Origin: Sulfurovaceae bacterium
GTDB lineage: Bacteria > Campylobacterota > Campylobacteria > Campylobacterales > Sulfurovaceae
Reading direction: 5' to 3'
Length of the DNA: 64,000 bases
NCBI GenBank assembly: GCA_965140575.1
Contig: OZ223261.1
Coordinates: 391,243 to 455,242, forward strand
Below the pieces are notes generated by a model. The model saw nothing but the letters and a program-made list of their open reading frames with translations, ran no database searches and was not told the origin of the DNA. Below, piece by piece: positions 1 through 10,306 of the stretch (within the stretch, counting starts at the first letter, position 1; the number at the start of each line of letters is the position of its first letter). The position numbers and the translations under genes were made by a program.

Positions 1-812
1 ACAGATGTAGGACCGATAACGGGTAGTTCAAAAAGTGTGTATTTTGAGCAATCGATGGCTTCTAAAGAGGCATTGTCTGCTTCATCTCTGCCGACAACTA
101 ATTTTGCTCCGTCTTCTAATCTAAAATGCCGGCCAAACTTTAAAATCTCGATATCTTCAAGCTCAAATGTATCGTATTTGATATGCTCTCTTATGCGTGC
201 GCTATAGTGTATCTCTGTCAGCAGACAACCCCCGCCCGGACTTTGATAATCTTCCCAGCCGTACTTATTTGCAAGAGCTAGTTGTTGCTGTCTATTTCTA
301 CCGCTTATATCATGCAGTTTTTCTCTCTCTACCCAACCCTCTTGCTCCGGCGTTGAAATCTCCATAAGTTTAGCACTAAGCGGTCTCAAGATAAGCTTAT
401 CTTCCTTGTCTCCGGCAAGCATACTGACTCGCATCATAGCATCTGCTCTTTGGCTCATGGGTCGCTGCCCCAAGACTTCCCCTGTGATGATAAATGAAGC
501 ACCAAACTTATCGAGCAATCCTTTTGCAACTTTGAACATGTACCCATGACAATCGATGCAAGGATTGAAATTTTTTCCATATCCATACTTTGGGTCAAAA
601 AGTATATCTCTGAGATACTCACTTCTCACATCGATCTTCATAAATGAGGCGCCCGCTTTTTCGGCTCGCTCTTTGAGCAGTGCATCTACATCACTTTTGC
701 CGCCAAACCCTATATCAATATAGAGTGCTATCACCTCTACTCCAAGATCACTGATGATCTTGGCTGCCAACATACTATCTAGTCCGCCACTAAAGAGCGC
801 CAATGCCTTCAT
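1..812 (-). CDS. PP-loop ATPase of the ThiI/MnmA-like tRNA-thiolation superfamily (C-terminus outside window)
   Basis: Own minus-strand translation from ATG 812..810: MKALALFSGGLDSMLAAKII (SGGxDS PP-loop), CIDCHGYMF, ITGEVLGQRPMSQ, SPGGGCLLTE. Frame stays open to position 1. Not in ORF track because truncated. Confidence 0.7.
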   Translation of the reverse strand, partial: MKALALFSGGLDSMLAAKIISDLGVEVIALYIDIGFGGKSDVDALLKERAEKAGASFMKIDVRSEYLRDILFDPKYGYGKNFNPCIDCHGYMFKVAKGLLDKFGASFIITGEVLGQRPMSQRADAMMRVSMLAGDKEDKLILRPLSAKLMEISTPEQEGWVEREKLHDISGRNRQQQLALANKYGWEDYQSPGGGCLLTEIHYSARIREHIKYDTFELEDIEILKFGRHFRLEDGAKLVVGRDEADNASLEAIDCSKYTLFELPVIGPTS

Positions 813-2448
813 ACGCTACAAACTCTCCTCTTCGTAATTTCGGAAGTATATCGGACTTTATCTTGCGTACAATTATTTTTTTCTTTTCATAAGGGATGTT
901 GTCGTTTTTATATACTTTCTTGAGTGTGCCCTCGTAGAACACTATCATATTTTGTCTCAGCTCTTTTTTGAGTGTATCAATCGTCAAGAGCTGTATCCCC
1001 TCATCTATCAATATAGACCTCAAGAGTGGATTGTCAAACTCTCCTTTGATAAGTGCATCAAAATGAGCCTTGTAGGGACCAAACATACTTGGATCAACTA
1101 CATCTAAAACATCATCGACATACTCTGGGTTTTCCAGTAAGGTTTTGAGGATTTGTTGACTACTCGTGTCTTCGACTTTTCGAGAAAGTTTTTCTCTTGC
1201 TTCGCTTCTTGCCATGCCTTTTGAAAAAAGCGAAGGTGCAACACCAAGCATCGAAGATGCCAAAGGGATATAAGAGTCTCTCATGATCTCACTCAAACCA
1301 AAAAGGTACTCTTTGCAAGCCACAAAAGCTTCCTCTTTTGCTTTTGGATCACTCAGTTCATACTCGTCTATGATCTTCTCTAAAACAAAGTTGACAAAAG
1401 GTTGACTTTTTCTAAAAAGTTCCGCTACTTCTGCGCTCTTTTTGTTTGCAATCATATCAGCAGGATCTTGCCCGTCAGGGAAAAGCACTACGCCCCCGTC
1501 AAATCCTGCGCTTGAGAGCATAATAGCAGCTTTGAGTGCGGCATTCACACCTGCGCTGTCTCCATCATACGCTAAGATAACTTTCGGGTCACCCTTTCTA
1601 AGGAGTGGCAGATGCTCACTGGTAAGCGCTGTGCCGAGTGTAGCGACAGCCTCTTTGAATCCACCTTGATGGAGCATGATAACATCGATATAACCTTCGG
1701 TGATAATGATCTTTTTATGTTTATAGATATGCTCTTTTGCCTGATGATACCCGTAAAGCAGTTGTGATTTGTTAAACAATTTTGTCTGTGGGGAGTTAAT
1801 ATATTTTGCAGGATGATCACCAAGTGTTCTTCCTCCAAATCCAACGATAGAGCCGCTTCCTGAGTAGATAGGAAAGATAACTCTCTCAACGAGTCTTGCG
1901 TAAATGCCATTATCTCCACTGGCTAAAACTCCCGCTTCTATCGCTGTAGCAGGTGGGGTTGAAAGAGAGTTGAGATATGCGATTACCTGTGGACTCGTAG
2001 GGGCATATCCTATCCCGAAAGTTTCGATAGAGTCTTGTGATATATCTCTCTCTTTGAGATAATTAAGCGCTTTTGGCTCTTTGAGAAGGTTTGCTCCATA
2101 CCACTTGTTGATATTTTCTAAAACTCTTTTTGCATCATTGTGATCACTGCTAGAGTGTGTGTAGTGTAGCGTGAAGTTATAGTTTGAGGCCAACTTCTCG
2201 ATAGCTTCAGGGTAGGACAACTTTTCATACTCCATAACAAACTTGATGCTATCGCCACCAACCCCACAACCAAAGCAATGGTATATCTGCTTAGAAGGAG
2301 AGACGACAAAACTTGCTGTTTTCTCTCCGTGAAAGGGACAGCATGCCTTAAAATTTGCACCACTCTTCTTGAGTTCAATGTAGCTGCCAATCACATCAAC
2401 AATATCTATGGTGGATTTGAGTGTTTCAATGGATGCATTATCTATCAT
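790..2448 (-). CDS. dnaG: DNA primase
   Basis: 552 aa. CHC2 zinc finger CPFHGEKTASF...CFGCG, TOPRIM block EGYIDV...YDGDSAG. Overlaps downstream gene by 23 nt. Confidence 0.95.
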   Translation of the reverse strand: MIDNASIETLKSTIDIVDVIGSYIELKKSGANFKACCPFHGEKTASFVVSPSKQIYHCFGCGVGGDSIKFVMEYEKLSYPEAIEKLASNYNFTLHYTHSSSDHNDAKRVLENINKWYGANLLKEPKALNYLKERDISQDSIETFGIGYAPTSPQVIAYLNSLSTPPATAIEAGVLASGDNGIYARLVERVIFPIYSGSGSIVGFGGRTLGDHPAKYINSPQTKLFNKSQLLYGYHQAKEHIYKHKKIIITEGYIDVIMLHQGGFKEAVATLGTALTSEHLPLLRKGDPKVILAYDGDSAGVNAALKAAIMLSSAGFDGGVVLFPDGQDPADMIANKKSAEVAELFRKSQPFVNFVLEKIIDEYELSDPKAKEEAFVACKEYLFGLSEIMRDSYIPLASSMLGVAPSLFSKGMARSEAREKLSRKVEDTSSQQILKTLLENPEYVDDVLDVVDPSMFGPYKAHFDALIKGEFDNPLLRSILIDEGIQLLTIDTLKKELRQNMIVFYEGTLKKVYKNDNIPYEKKKIIVRKIKSDILPKLRRGEFVAYEGIGAL

Positions 2449-2467
2449 TTCATCATTATATCAAATT

Positions 2468-2476
2468 TGCTATAAT
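2468..2476 (+). promoter_or_regulatory. extended -10 element TGcTATAAT upstream of the TPR/zinc-ribbon gene
   Basis: Exact TGnTATAAT match 42 nt upstream of ATG 2518, in the dnaG-divergent intergenic region. Confidence 0.4.
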
Positions 2477-2517
2477 CTTAAAGATAAAAAATAAAGCGAG
2501 CCCAATTGCAACAATTT

Positions 2518-3552
2518 ATGCCCTCATACGGCGATCCTCTTTATAGTATACTTTTTTTAGTATTTTTAGGCTTCATCATAGCGCTTGTAAACTACCTATG
2601 GGGGCTCTATGCATCGAACCAAAAGAGAGCTGAACTTCTTGGATTTTTGGAAAAGTTTGATAACAATGAGTGCGTTATCGATACGCAATCGATGCCCTTT
2701 GAGCCCAATATGCTCAAGCCTCTCTCGCTTCTTGCTAAAGCTTTTGAAAATAGCGGAGAGTACCATAGAGCCATTAGTCTCTATCTCTATCTTATAAAAA
2801 ATATGGGTGATAAAGAGACTCAACTTGAGCTTATGAAACATCTTGGCAAGACCTATCTACATGCCGGGTTCATGGAACGAGCAGAGTCGATCTACCTCTC
2901 GGTTCTTAAAACAAAACCAAGAGATCAAGACGCGCTCTTAAAACTCGGTGTTGTTTATGAGATGATGCATGACTACAAAAAAGCAAAAGAGACACTAGAG
3001 CCGCTTGAGACGATAGGCTTTGATGTACGAGAGCTTGAGCGACATTGGAAGTTACTTGGCATAAGCGCAAATAAACAATCAGATCAAGATACAAAGATGA
3101 AAGAGCTTATAGAACTCTACGAAGATGATAAAAGTCTCAACTATAGAGATATCGTCTCGCTTCTATTTAGGTTTGATGATAGTAGAGCTTGGGATTTTGT
3201 CGATACACAAAGGGTGAATGAGATACTCGATATTTTATGGGCATTAGATGCCAAAAAAGTAGATACAAAAAAGGTAAATAGTGACGCTGTGCTTAAAAGA
3301 ATCTATTATGCCAAAGGCTACATCGAGCAGAGCAAAGAGGCGTGCGGAATCTTTAGCATTGATACCATAGCCGATGCAAAACAAAACGGTAATGAGCGTG
3401 CTGATCTCTCTTTTTCTTACCTCTGTAAAAAATGTAAACATAGCTTTCCTATAGGCTTCAAAAGATGTCATAACTGTATGAGTATCAATACCGTAAAAGT
3501 GGAGGTTGAGATTGCAGAAAAAAGCATGCAAACAGATAGTTCTTTACTCTGA
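2518..3552 (+). CDS. TPR-repeat membrane-anchored protein with C-terminal rubredoxin-like zinc ribbon (LapB/YciM-like architecture)
   Basis: N-terminal TM helix (YSILFLVFLGFIIALVNYLWGLY), TPR-like helical repeats, C-terminal CKKCKH...CHNC. ATG 2518 preferred over the track's TTG 2506. Confidence 0.6.
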   Translation: MPSYGDPLYSILFLVFLGFIIALVNYLWGLYASNQKRAELLGFLEKFDNNECVIDTQSMPFEPNMLKPLSLLAKAFENSGEYHRAISLYLYLIKNMGDKETQLELMKHLGKTYLHAGFMERAESIYLSVLKTKPRDQDALLKLGVVYEMMHDYKKAKETLEPLETIGFDVRELERHWKLLGISANKQSDQDTKMKELIELYEDDKSLNYRDIVSLLFRFDDSRAWDFVDTQRVNEILDILWALDAKKVDTKKVNSDAVLKRIYYAKGYIEQSKEACGIFSIDTIADAKQNGNERADLSFSYLCKKCKHSFPIGFKRCHNCMSINTVKVEVEIAEKSMQTDSSLL

Positions 3553-3958
3553 TGGTTCAAGCCTCGGCAACCCCGGACCGGGAGGATACGGGGGCATACT
3601 GAGGTTTAAAGACAAAGAGAAGATATTTAGTGGCGGCGAAGCGCATACCACCAACAATCGCATGGAACTTCGTGGGGTTATAGAGGGACTCAAGCTTCTC
3701 AAAGAGCCGTGTCGTGTAGATGTCTACTCTGATAGTAGCTATGTGGTCAATGCGATTAATGAGTGGCTAAAAGGGTGGATCGCCAAAGATTTTAAAAAGG
3801 TCAAAAATGATGATCTCTGGAGAGAATATATAGAAATTGCAAAACCACATACGGTAAAAGGACACTGGGTCAAAGGGCATGACGGACACAAAGAAAATGA
3901 GATTTGTGATCAACTCGCTAAAAATGAAGCACTAAAATATCAAGCGAAGCTCATTTAA
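3512..3958 (+). CDS. rnhA: ribonuclease HI
   Basis: YSDGSSLGNPGPGGYG, TNNRMEL, SDSSYV and GHxxNExCD motifs. No in-frame ATG. TTG 3512 lies 6 nt after GGAGG. Overlaps upstream gene. Confidence 0.85.
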   Translation: MQKKACKQIVLYSDGSSLGNPGPGGYGGILRFKDKEKIFSGGEAHTTNNRMELRGVIEGLKLLKEPCRVDVYSDSSYVVNAINEWLKGWIAKDFKKVKNDDLWREYIEIAKPHTVKGHWVKGHDGHKENEICDQLAKNEALKYQAKLI

Positions 3959-4009
3959 AATGGTTATTATGCTAAGATACTACAAACAAAAACTAGAGGA
4001 TTTTACGAT

Positions 4010-4696
4010 ATGAAAGATTTGCGAGATCTTGAAGAGAGGATAGGTTATACCTTTGAGAAAAAGCAATTGATTATTGAGGCTTTAACACATAGAAGTTACA
4101 AAAAGCCTTACAATAATGAGCGGCTTGAATTTTTAGGCGATGCCGTACTTGACCTTGTAGTCGGCGAATTTCTTTTCCACAAATTTGAAAATTCGGACGA
4201 AGGCATACTTTCTAAGATACGCGCGTCACTTGTCAATGAAAACGGTTTTGCTAAACTTGCCAGACTTATAGGGCTTGGGGATTACATCTATCTCTCACCC
4301 GCCGAAGAAAACAATAACGGCAGAGAAAAACCCTCACTTTTATCAAATGCCTTTGAAGCACTCATCGGTGCTATCTACCTTGAATCCGGACTTGATAAAA
4401 GCAAAGAGATAGCACAGACTCTTATCACGCAAGCACACCCGGTGATAGATCTTGAGACACTCTCGAAAGATTACAAAACAGCACTTCAAGAGATTACGCA
4501 AGCTACGCACGGTATCACACCGACTTATGTCGTGCTTGACTCTTTTGGTCCTGATCATAAAAAAGAGTTTGAGATTGCCATAATATTAGATGACGAGCAG
4601 ATAGCAAAAGCGATGGGTAAAAGTAAAAAAGAGGCGCAACAAAAAGCAGCAAAAAAAGCACTCGATATACTGGGTAAAAGGAGTTCTCATGAATAG
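4010..4696 (+). CDS. rnc: ribonuclease III
   Basis: RNase III signature [12 protein letters not shown] plus C-terminal dsRNA-binding domain ([16 protein letters not shown]). Confidence 0.95.
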   Translation: MKDLRDLEERIGYTFEKKQLIIEALTHRSYKKPYNNERLEFLGDAVLDLVVGEFLFHKFENSDEGILSKIRASLVNENGFAKLARLIGLGDYIYLSPAEENNNGREKPSLLSNAFEALIGAIYLESGLDKSKEIAQTLITQAHPVIDLETLSKDYKTALQEITQATHGITPTYVVLDSFGPDHKKEFEIAIILDDEQIAKAMGKSKKEAQQKAAKKALDILGKRSSHE

Positions 4697-5765
4697 TTTT
4701 GGTAAAAGATTTACTCTAACTACCTTTGGAGAGTCGCATGGCAAAGCGATTGGATGTATCGTCGATGGCGTCCCTGCAGGTCTAGAGATAGACATAGAGT
4801 TTATTCAAAGTGAGCTAGATCGAAGAAAGCCGGGCAAGAGTGATCTTGAAACTGCAAGAAAAGAGAGTGACATGGTTGAGATACTCTCCGGAACTTTTGA
4901 GGGTAAAAGTACAGGCACACCTATTGCTATGGTGATATCTAACACGGATCAAAAGAGCAAAGATTATGACGCTATCAAAGATATATTTCGCCCGGGGCAC
5001 GCTGATTTTACCTATTTTCACAAATACGGCATCAGAGATTATAGAGGCGGAGGAAGAAGTAGCGCGAGAGAGACAGCCGCAAGAGTTGCAGCAGGAGCGC
5101 TAGCCAAACTCATGCTTCAAAAACTTGATATCGAGATACTAGGAGGAGTCATTGAGGTTGATGGTATCGGTGCAAAAAGTTTAGATTTTGATTTTGCAAA
5201 AAAAAGTATCATTAATGGACTCGATGCAACACAAGAAAAGGCACAGATAGAAGCGATACAAAAAGCCAAAGAGGCACATGATTCCGTAGGTGGAGTGGCG
5301 CTTACCCTTGCAAGAGGAGTTCCTGTAGGCTTAGGTGAGCCTCTCTATTATAAGCTCGATGGCATCCTTGCTGAAGCGATGATGGGCATCAATGCAGCAA
5401 AAGCAGTCGAGATAGGCGATGGGATGGAAGCCTCTAGAGCAAAAGGCTCGACCAATAATGACCCCATAACCAAAGAGGGTTTTCGCTCCAACCATAGCGG
5501 GGGCATCCTAGGGGGGATTAGTAACGGTGAAGAGATAGTTGTAAAGACCTATTTTAAGCCGACACCCTCTATATTTCAATCCCAAGATACCATCACAAAA
5601 GAGAATGAAGAGAGCATATGCAACCTCAAAGGCAGACATGATCCCTGTGTTGCCATCAGAGGAAGTGTCGTCTGTGAAGCTATGATGGCACTCGTACTTG
5701 CTGATATGCTTCTACTCAATATGGGTAAAAAAATCTCTGATATTGAAAAAATATATAAAAGATAG
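4689..5765 (+). CDS. aroC: chorismate synthase
   Basis: 358 aa. [32 protein letters not shown] motifs. Overlaps rnc by 8 nt. Confidence 0.95.
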   Translation: MNSFGKRFTLTTFGESHGKAIGCIVDGVPAGLEIDIEFIQSELDRRKPGKSDLETARKESDMVEILSGTFEGKSTGTPIAMVISNTDQKSKDYDAIKDIFRPGHADFTYFHKYGIRDYRGGGRSSARETAARVAAGALAKLMLQKLDIEILGGVIEVDGIGAKSLDFDFAKKSIINGLDATQEKAQIEAIQKAKEAHDSVGGVALTLARGVPVGLGEPLYYKLDGILAEAMMGINAAKAVEIGDGMEASRAKGSTNNDPITKEGFRSNHSGGILGGISNGEEIVVKTYFKPTPSIFQSQDTITKENEESICNLKGRHDPCVAIRGSVVCEAMMALVLADMLLLNMGKKISDIEKIYKR

Positions 5766-5775
5766 AAATCTAAAA

Positions 5776-7047
5776 ATGAAAAAAATCATTATAATCGCTT
5801 CTGTATTGATATTGACTATCCTTGGCTACATGATAATCGCAGGCATGATTGAAAAAAATGTGCAACAAAGCGTACAAGAGAGAATCACTGACCTTACCAA
5901 TCACGGTTTTGATATCGAAAAGATCAAAAAAGATCAAAAGAGTGACCACTATATATTGACCTTTAAAGATATGCAAAAGATCACACCTTTTATCCAAGGC
6001 TTTAATGTAAAACTCTCAGCAAATACCATCGATGCTTTGCAAGATATGCAAATAGCCCTAGATGTTCGAAATAATCATGGATTTCTAGATGATATCAAGA
6101 TAGAGATATACCCTATCAAGCTCCCGAGTGAGATGAAAAATTCACTTGACGCTGATGAGCTTAAAGCGATAGAACAACATCTCAAACAAAAAACATTCAT
6201 GCTCTATCTGAGTTTTGATAAATCCTTATCTGATTTTAAAGGACATCTTCAAGATATAGATATCAAGGAGTTAAAAAAAGAGTTAAAGATACAAGGCGAT
6301 ACTTTTAGCGGAAAGATAAAAGGTGGAAAAATCATTAGCTATGAAGAAAATATCAAAGAGTTTAGCTTTAAAGCGGACGAGAAAAACATCGTAAAATTTT
6401 CAGATATGTATACTGCAAAAAGGACGCAAGGTAAAGATACACTTGAAAAACACTATACATTAAAAACAAAAACCTTTTTTATGGCACTGCAAGAGAGCAA
6501 TGCAACGATAGATGACCTTGATGTTGATTTCTCCTGGATTGCACACGACACAACAGTTGACGCCTCAATAAAAGGAACCTTGGGTGCTTTGGCTTTAAAC
6601 AATAAAGATCAGATGCGAGCCTTCGAAGGCATCATCCTCAATGTGGATATAAAAAATATCAATCAAACACTTATCTCTAAGATTAATAAAAACAAACTCA
6701 AAGATATCGATGAATTTAGCAAGCTAATGAGCGCAAAAAATCCCATAGTTACCATCAATACTTTTGAAGCCAAAAAGATAAAGCAAGACAAAGTAAGCAC
6801 CGAAGGTTTTCAGATACAAGGCGAGATTAGGAGCGATGCGTCTAAAAGTAGCAATCAAGATATCTACAAATCTTTGATGATTAATGGAAAATTAACTCTA
6901 TCCAAAAGCCTCCTTGATCTTTTATCACAAAATCCTTCTATGGATATCTTGTTTATGCTTATTCCTCAAAATTTAAAAGAGAATCATTATATATATGATA
7001 TACACTATGATGATACACTCACTGTTAACGCAGAGCGTATTTTATAG
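5776..7047 (+). CDS. hypothetical membrane-anchored periplasmic protein (tentatively DUF945/YdgA-like)
   Basis: ATG 5776 gives MKKIIIIASVLILTILGYMIIAG signal anchor. The track start 5698 would overlap aroC. Lys-rich, no catalytic motif recognised. Confidence 0.6.
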   Translation: MKKIIIIASVLILTILGYMIIAGMIEKNVQQSVQERITDLTNHGFDIEKIKKDQKSDHYILTFKDMQKITPFIQGFNVKLSANTIDALQDMQIALDVRNNHGFLDDIKIEIYPIKLPSEMKNSLDADELKAIEQHLKQKTFMLYLSFDKSLSDFKGHLQDIDIKELKKELKIQGDTFSGKIKGGKIISYEENIKEFSFKADEKNIVKFSDMYTAKRTQGKDTLEKHYTLKTKTFFMALQESNATIDDLDVDFSWIAHDTTVDASIKGTLGALALNNKDQMRAFEGIILNVDIKNINQTLISKINKNKLKDIDEFSKLMSAKNPIVTINTFEAKKIKQDKVSTEGFQIQGEIRSDASKSSNQDIYKSLMINGKLTLSKSLLDLLSQNPSMDILFMLIPQNLKENHYIYDIHYDDTLTVNAERIL

Positions 7048-7141
7048 ACTGGCTTAACACAATTTATAAAAATAAAACTGAGCTTAAAGAAAAGATAATT
7101 CTAAAGAATTTTAGATTTTCATTAATTTTTTGTTAATTTAC

Positions 7142-7171
7142 TTGACATCTTTAAAAAATGTGTGTTATACT
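7142..7171 (+). promoter_or_regulatory. sigma70-type promoter of the porin gene
   Basis: TTGACA (7142-7147), 18-nt spacer, TGtTATACT extended -10 (7163-7171). AAGGAG RBS follows before ATG 7204. Confidence 0.5.
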
Positions 7172-7203
7172 GCCTCTGTATTTAAACAAAAAAGGAGTTT
7201 TAA

Positions 7204-8508
7204 ATGAAAAAAGCGTTATTGCTATCTGTGATAGCTTCGACAATGATCATGGCGGGCGGCGACATCGCTCCAGTAGAACCAGTAGTAGAAGTGGAAGCTC
7301 CGGCTCCATCAGGCTGGACATTTACAGGACAAGGTGTTGTTTATTATCAAACAGCTGATATGTGGGGTGCAGGTGTTAACCCTGACAGTCTTTTTGATCA
7401 AGACTCTTCTTCTGCAAATGCAGGTGTAAGTCTTAAAGCTGAAAACAAAAACATCATTGGTGGTCTTGGTGCAGGCGTAAAACTTGTTGGTGTTGGTACA
7501 CTCGGTCTTGAAGAAGATGTAGTAAGTAATGTTATGGAAGCATCAAATGCCGGCGATCTTAACGGTGGTGCTATCACTGAGCTTTACCTTACTTATGGTA
7601 TCGGTAATACACTTGTAAAAGTTGGTAGACAAGAACTTCCAAAAGCACTTTCTCCTCTAGCATTCTCTGAAAGCTGGAACGTATTTGCAAATACATATGA
7701 AGCTGCATTGGTTGTAAACAGTGACATCCCTAACACAACTTTGGTTGGTGCATGGGTAAGAGGTGCTAATAGCAGCAATGCTCTTAATGACTTTGGTAAA
7801 GCTAATAACAGTGATGGTATCTTCATGATAACTGCTGCAAATACATCTATCCCTGATGTAGGTATTACAGGTACAGTTTATTATGCTCAAGATTATGCAA
7901 CTACAGATGATCTTACTGCCGGATGGTTAGATGTATCAGCTAAAGTTAGTGGTCTTGATATTGGTTTCCAAGCCGGTGGTATCGATGCTGTTGATACAAC
8001 ATACGCAGTTGGCGCAAAAGTCGGTGGCGCATTTGGTCCTGTAAATGCAGGTCTTGCTGTATCTTATGTTAACGATGAAGGTCCTGGTGTAGTTAATATA
8101 GGTGGTGGTAGTTATGATGTATTACTAAATCAAGCTGCAGGTGCTGCTCTTAGTATTGTTCCAAATGCTAATGGTACTTATAGTACAGGTTTAACACTTG
8201 GAGAAAATGCTCTTTATACAACTTCTGCTCTTGGAACAAATCCATTTGCTACTGCACTTGATTCAACATCAGTTCAACTTAGTGCAAGCATTGATGCAGC
8301 CGGCGGTAAAGTACTCTTTATAGGTAACTACTCAAATACTGGCGATGCGAACCTACTTGGTGATGGTGACTTCATGGAAGCCACACTTGGTTATGCTACA
8401 AGTATAGGCAATCTTGATCTTCTTGCAGGATATGTATATCAAAAAATTGATGCAGATCTTGATGAAGACAATAACATCATTAGAGCTGTTGCTAGATATA
8501 ACTTCTAA
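7204..8508 (+). CDS. major outer-membrane porin-like beta-barrel protein
   Basis: Signal peptide MKKALLLSVIASTMIMA. Gly/Ala/Thr-rich alternating sequence. C-terminal ...VARYNF (terminal Phe). Strong promoter and terminator. Confidence 0.8.
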   Translation: MKKALLLSVIASTMIMAGGDIAPVEPVVEVEAPAPSGWTFTGQGVVYYQTADMWGAGVNPDSLFDQDSSSANAGVSLKAENKNIIGGLGAGVKLVGVGTLGLEEDVVSNVMEASNAGDLNGGAITELYLTYGIGNTLVKVGRQELPKALSPLAFSESWNVFANTYEAALVVNSDIPNTTLVGAWVRGANSSNALNDFGKANNSDGIFMITAANTSIPDVGITGTVYYAQDYATTDDLTAGWLDVSAKVSGLDIGFQAGGIDAVDTTYAVGAKVGGAFGPVNAGLAVSYVNDEGPGVVNIGGGSYDVLLNQAAGAALSIVPNANGTYSTGLTLGENALYTTSALGTNPFATALDSTSVQLSASIDAAGGKVLFIGNYSNTGDANLLGDGDFMEATLGYATSIGNLDLLAGYVYQKIDADLDEDNNIIRAVARYNF

Positions 8509-8522
8509 TAACCTCTCTTCTT

Positions 8523-8546
8523 AAGCTAAGGCTCTCGCCTTAGCTT
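8523..8546 (+). terminator. rho-independent terminator hairpin after porin gene
   Basis: Perfect 10-bp stem AAGCTAAGGC/GCCTTAGCTT with loop TCTC, 15 nt after the stop. Confidence 0.6.
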
Positions 8547-8606
8547 TACTCATTTAAATTTATTTTTCAACCTCATTATTAATCCAATATTTGCTATAAT
8601 CACTCT

Positions 8607-9167
8607 ATGAAAATAAGAATTATGGATGCCAAAAATCATTTTAATATCGCCAATATCATCACATTTGCCAACATAACTTGTGGGCTTACCGCACTCTATC
8701 TTGTGACGGAAGAAAGATTTATCACAGCCTCCATCATAGCTTGGTGTGCCGGAATGTTTGACATAGCAGACGGCAAGGTAGCTAGAAAGTATAACCTCAG
8801 CTCCCCTTTTGGCATACAGCTTGATAGTTTTGCTGATTTTTTATCATTTGTTATCATGCCTGCTTTTTTTCTCTTTTTTGGACTCTCGCTTGAGACAAGC
8901 TTAGAAAAAATTCTTATAGGCATCATACTTGTTTGGTATGTTATCAGTGGACTCAGACGACTCATCGAGTTTAACCTTGACGCTGCCACTAAAACAGAAA
9001 AAGATAGGTACTTTGATGGTGTCCCTACTCCACTTGGAGCGATACTCCTTTGGATACTTTGGCTGAGCTTTATGGGCGGATTTATCACAAATATCTGGTT
9101 GATTGCTCTTATCATTTTGCTTGTCGCGCTCTCACTCAATAGCCATATCAAAATCCCCCATCCGTAA
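8607..9167 (+). CDS. pssA: CDP-alcohol phosphatidyltransferase, probable phosphatidylserine synthase
   Basis: DIADGKVARKYNLSSPFGIQLDSFADF matches DG(x2)AR(x8)G(x3)D(x3)D. Multiple TM helices. Confidence 0.75.
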   Translation: MKIRIMDAKNHFNIANIITFANITCGLTALYLVTEERFITASIIAWCAGMFDIADGKVARKYNLSSPFGIQLDSFADFLSFVIMPAFFLFFGLSLETSLEKILIGIILVWYVISGLRRLIEFNLDAATKTEKDRYFDGVPTPLGAILLWILWLSFMGGFITNIWLIALIILLVALSLNSHIKIPHP

Positions 9168-9401
9168 AACTCTTTTTTAAAATAACTGTCATGCGAGCAT
9201 CCTTGTAAAGCAGGCATATTTGCGGCGGTACAGATAGCAAGCATGGATATGCCGACCGCGACTTTGTGAGCATGACGCTTTTACTCCACTTTTCTAAAAA
9301 GTGGAAAGAAGAAAAAGAAATCTCTATAACTTTTCTTTTGAATAGAGAAACCAACCTTTTACCAAATTTAAAGTACAATACTCATCAAAAAGGCTCTCTT
9401 A

Positions 9402-10262
9402 TTGAACAAGATAAAAACACTAGTATTTGACTTTAGTGAACTTGTAATGTTCCGCCACTCTGTTTTTTCGCTCCCTTTTATCTTTATAGCTATGTTTGTT
9501 GCAGCAAATGGATGGTTTGGTTGGAAGCTCTTTTTCTTGGGGGTTTTAGCTACCGTGAGTGCAAGAAATTTTGCTATGAGTGTCAATCGTTATCTCGACC
9601 GAGACATCGATGTCTTAAATGCTCGCACCAAAAATCGACCCTCGGTTGATGGCAGAATCAGTGATACATCAATCCTCTTTTTTATCACTGTAAATGCTCT
9701 TCTTTTTGTGGGAGTGAGCTCTTTTATAAACCCACTCGCCTTTAAACTCTCTATACCTATCCTTTTAGTCCTTGGCGCTTATACATTCTTTAAAAGATTT
9801 AGCTCACTTGCACATCTTGTCTTGGGAGTAAGCCTTGGACTTGCGCCTATTGCAGGCACTATTGCCGTCTCAGAAGCGATTCCTTTTTGGTCACTTTATC
9901 TTGCTATTGGGGTGATGTTTTGGGTTGCCGGGTTTGATCTGCTCTATTCGCTCCAAGATATGGAGTTTGATGTTGCCCATAAATTGCATTCCATTCCTTC
10001 TAAATTTGGCTCTAAAAATACTCTGCGCATTGCACTCATTTTTCATATCTTTACCATAATTTTTTGGACGCTCTTTGTTATCAAGGCAAGTCTTGGAATC
10101 TGGGCATATATAGCGATTCTTAGTAGCATCATTATGCTTGGATACGAGCACTATCTCATACGCAAAGATTTTACTAAGATTGATAGAGCATTCTTTACTG
10201 TCAATGGCTACCTTGGTTTTATATTTTTGGCTTTTATCATCATAGAAACAATCTTTGATTAA
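9402..10262 (+). CDS. UbiA-family aromatic prenyltransferase (likely menaquinone/futalosine-pathway prenyltransferase)
   Basis: NRYLDRDID...NRP Asp-rich motif. About 8 TM helices. TTG start needed to include the conserved N-terminal FRHSVFSLPF. Confidence 0.8.
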   Translation: MNKIKTLVFDFSELVMFRHSVFSLPFIFIAMFVAANGWFGWKLFFLGVLATVSARNFAMSVNRYLDRDIDVLNARTKNRPSVDGRISDTSILFFITVNALLFVGVSSFINPLAFKLSIPILLVLGAYTFFKRFSSLAHLVLGVSLGLAPIAGTIAVSEAIPFWSLYLAIGVMFWVAGFDLLYSLQDMEFDVAHKLHSIPSKFGSKNTLRIALIFHIFTIIFWTLFVIKASLGIWAYIAILSSIIMLGYEHYLIRKDFTKIDRAFFTVNGYLGFIFLAFIIIETIFD

Positions 10263-10306
10263 AATGCCCCCTAAGTAAATATTGGATATAATCCCTCTTC
10301 TAAAAT

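Noticed and set aside
5698-5775. Upstream start for the 449-aa ORF
   Set aside because: It would overlap aroC by 68 nt. ATG 5776 gives a canonical signal anchor.
8696-9244. 182-aa minus-strand ORF
   Set aside because: It is antisense to pssA, which has a clear CDP-alcohol phosphatidyltransferase motif, and it extends into the palindromic spacer.
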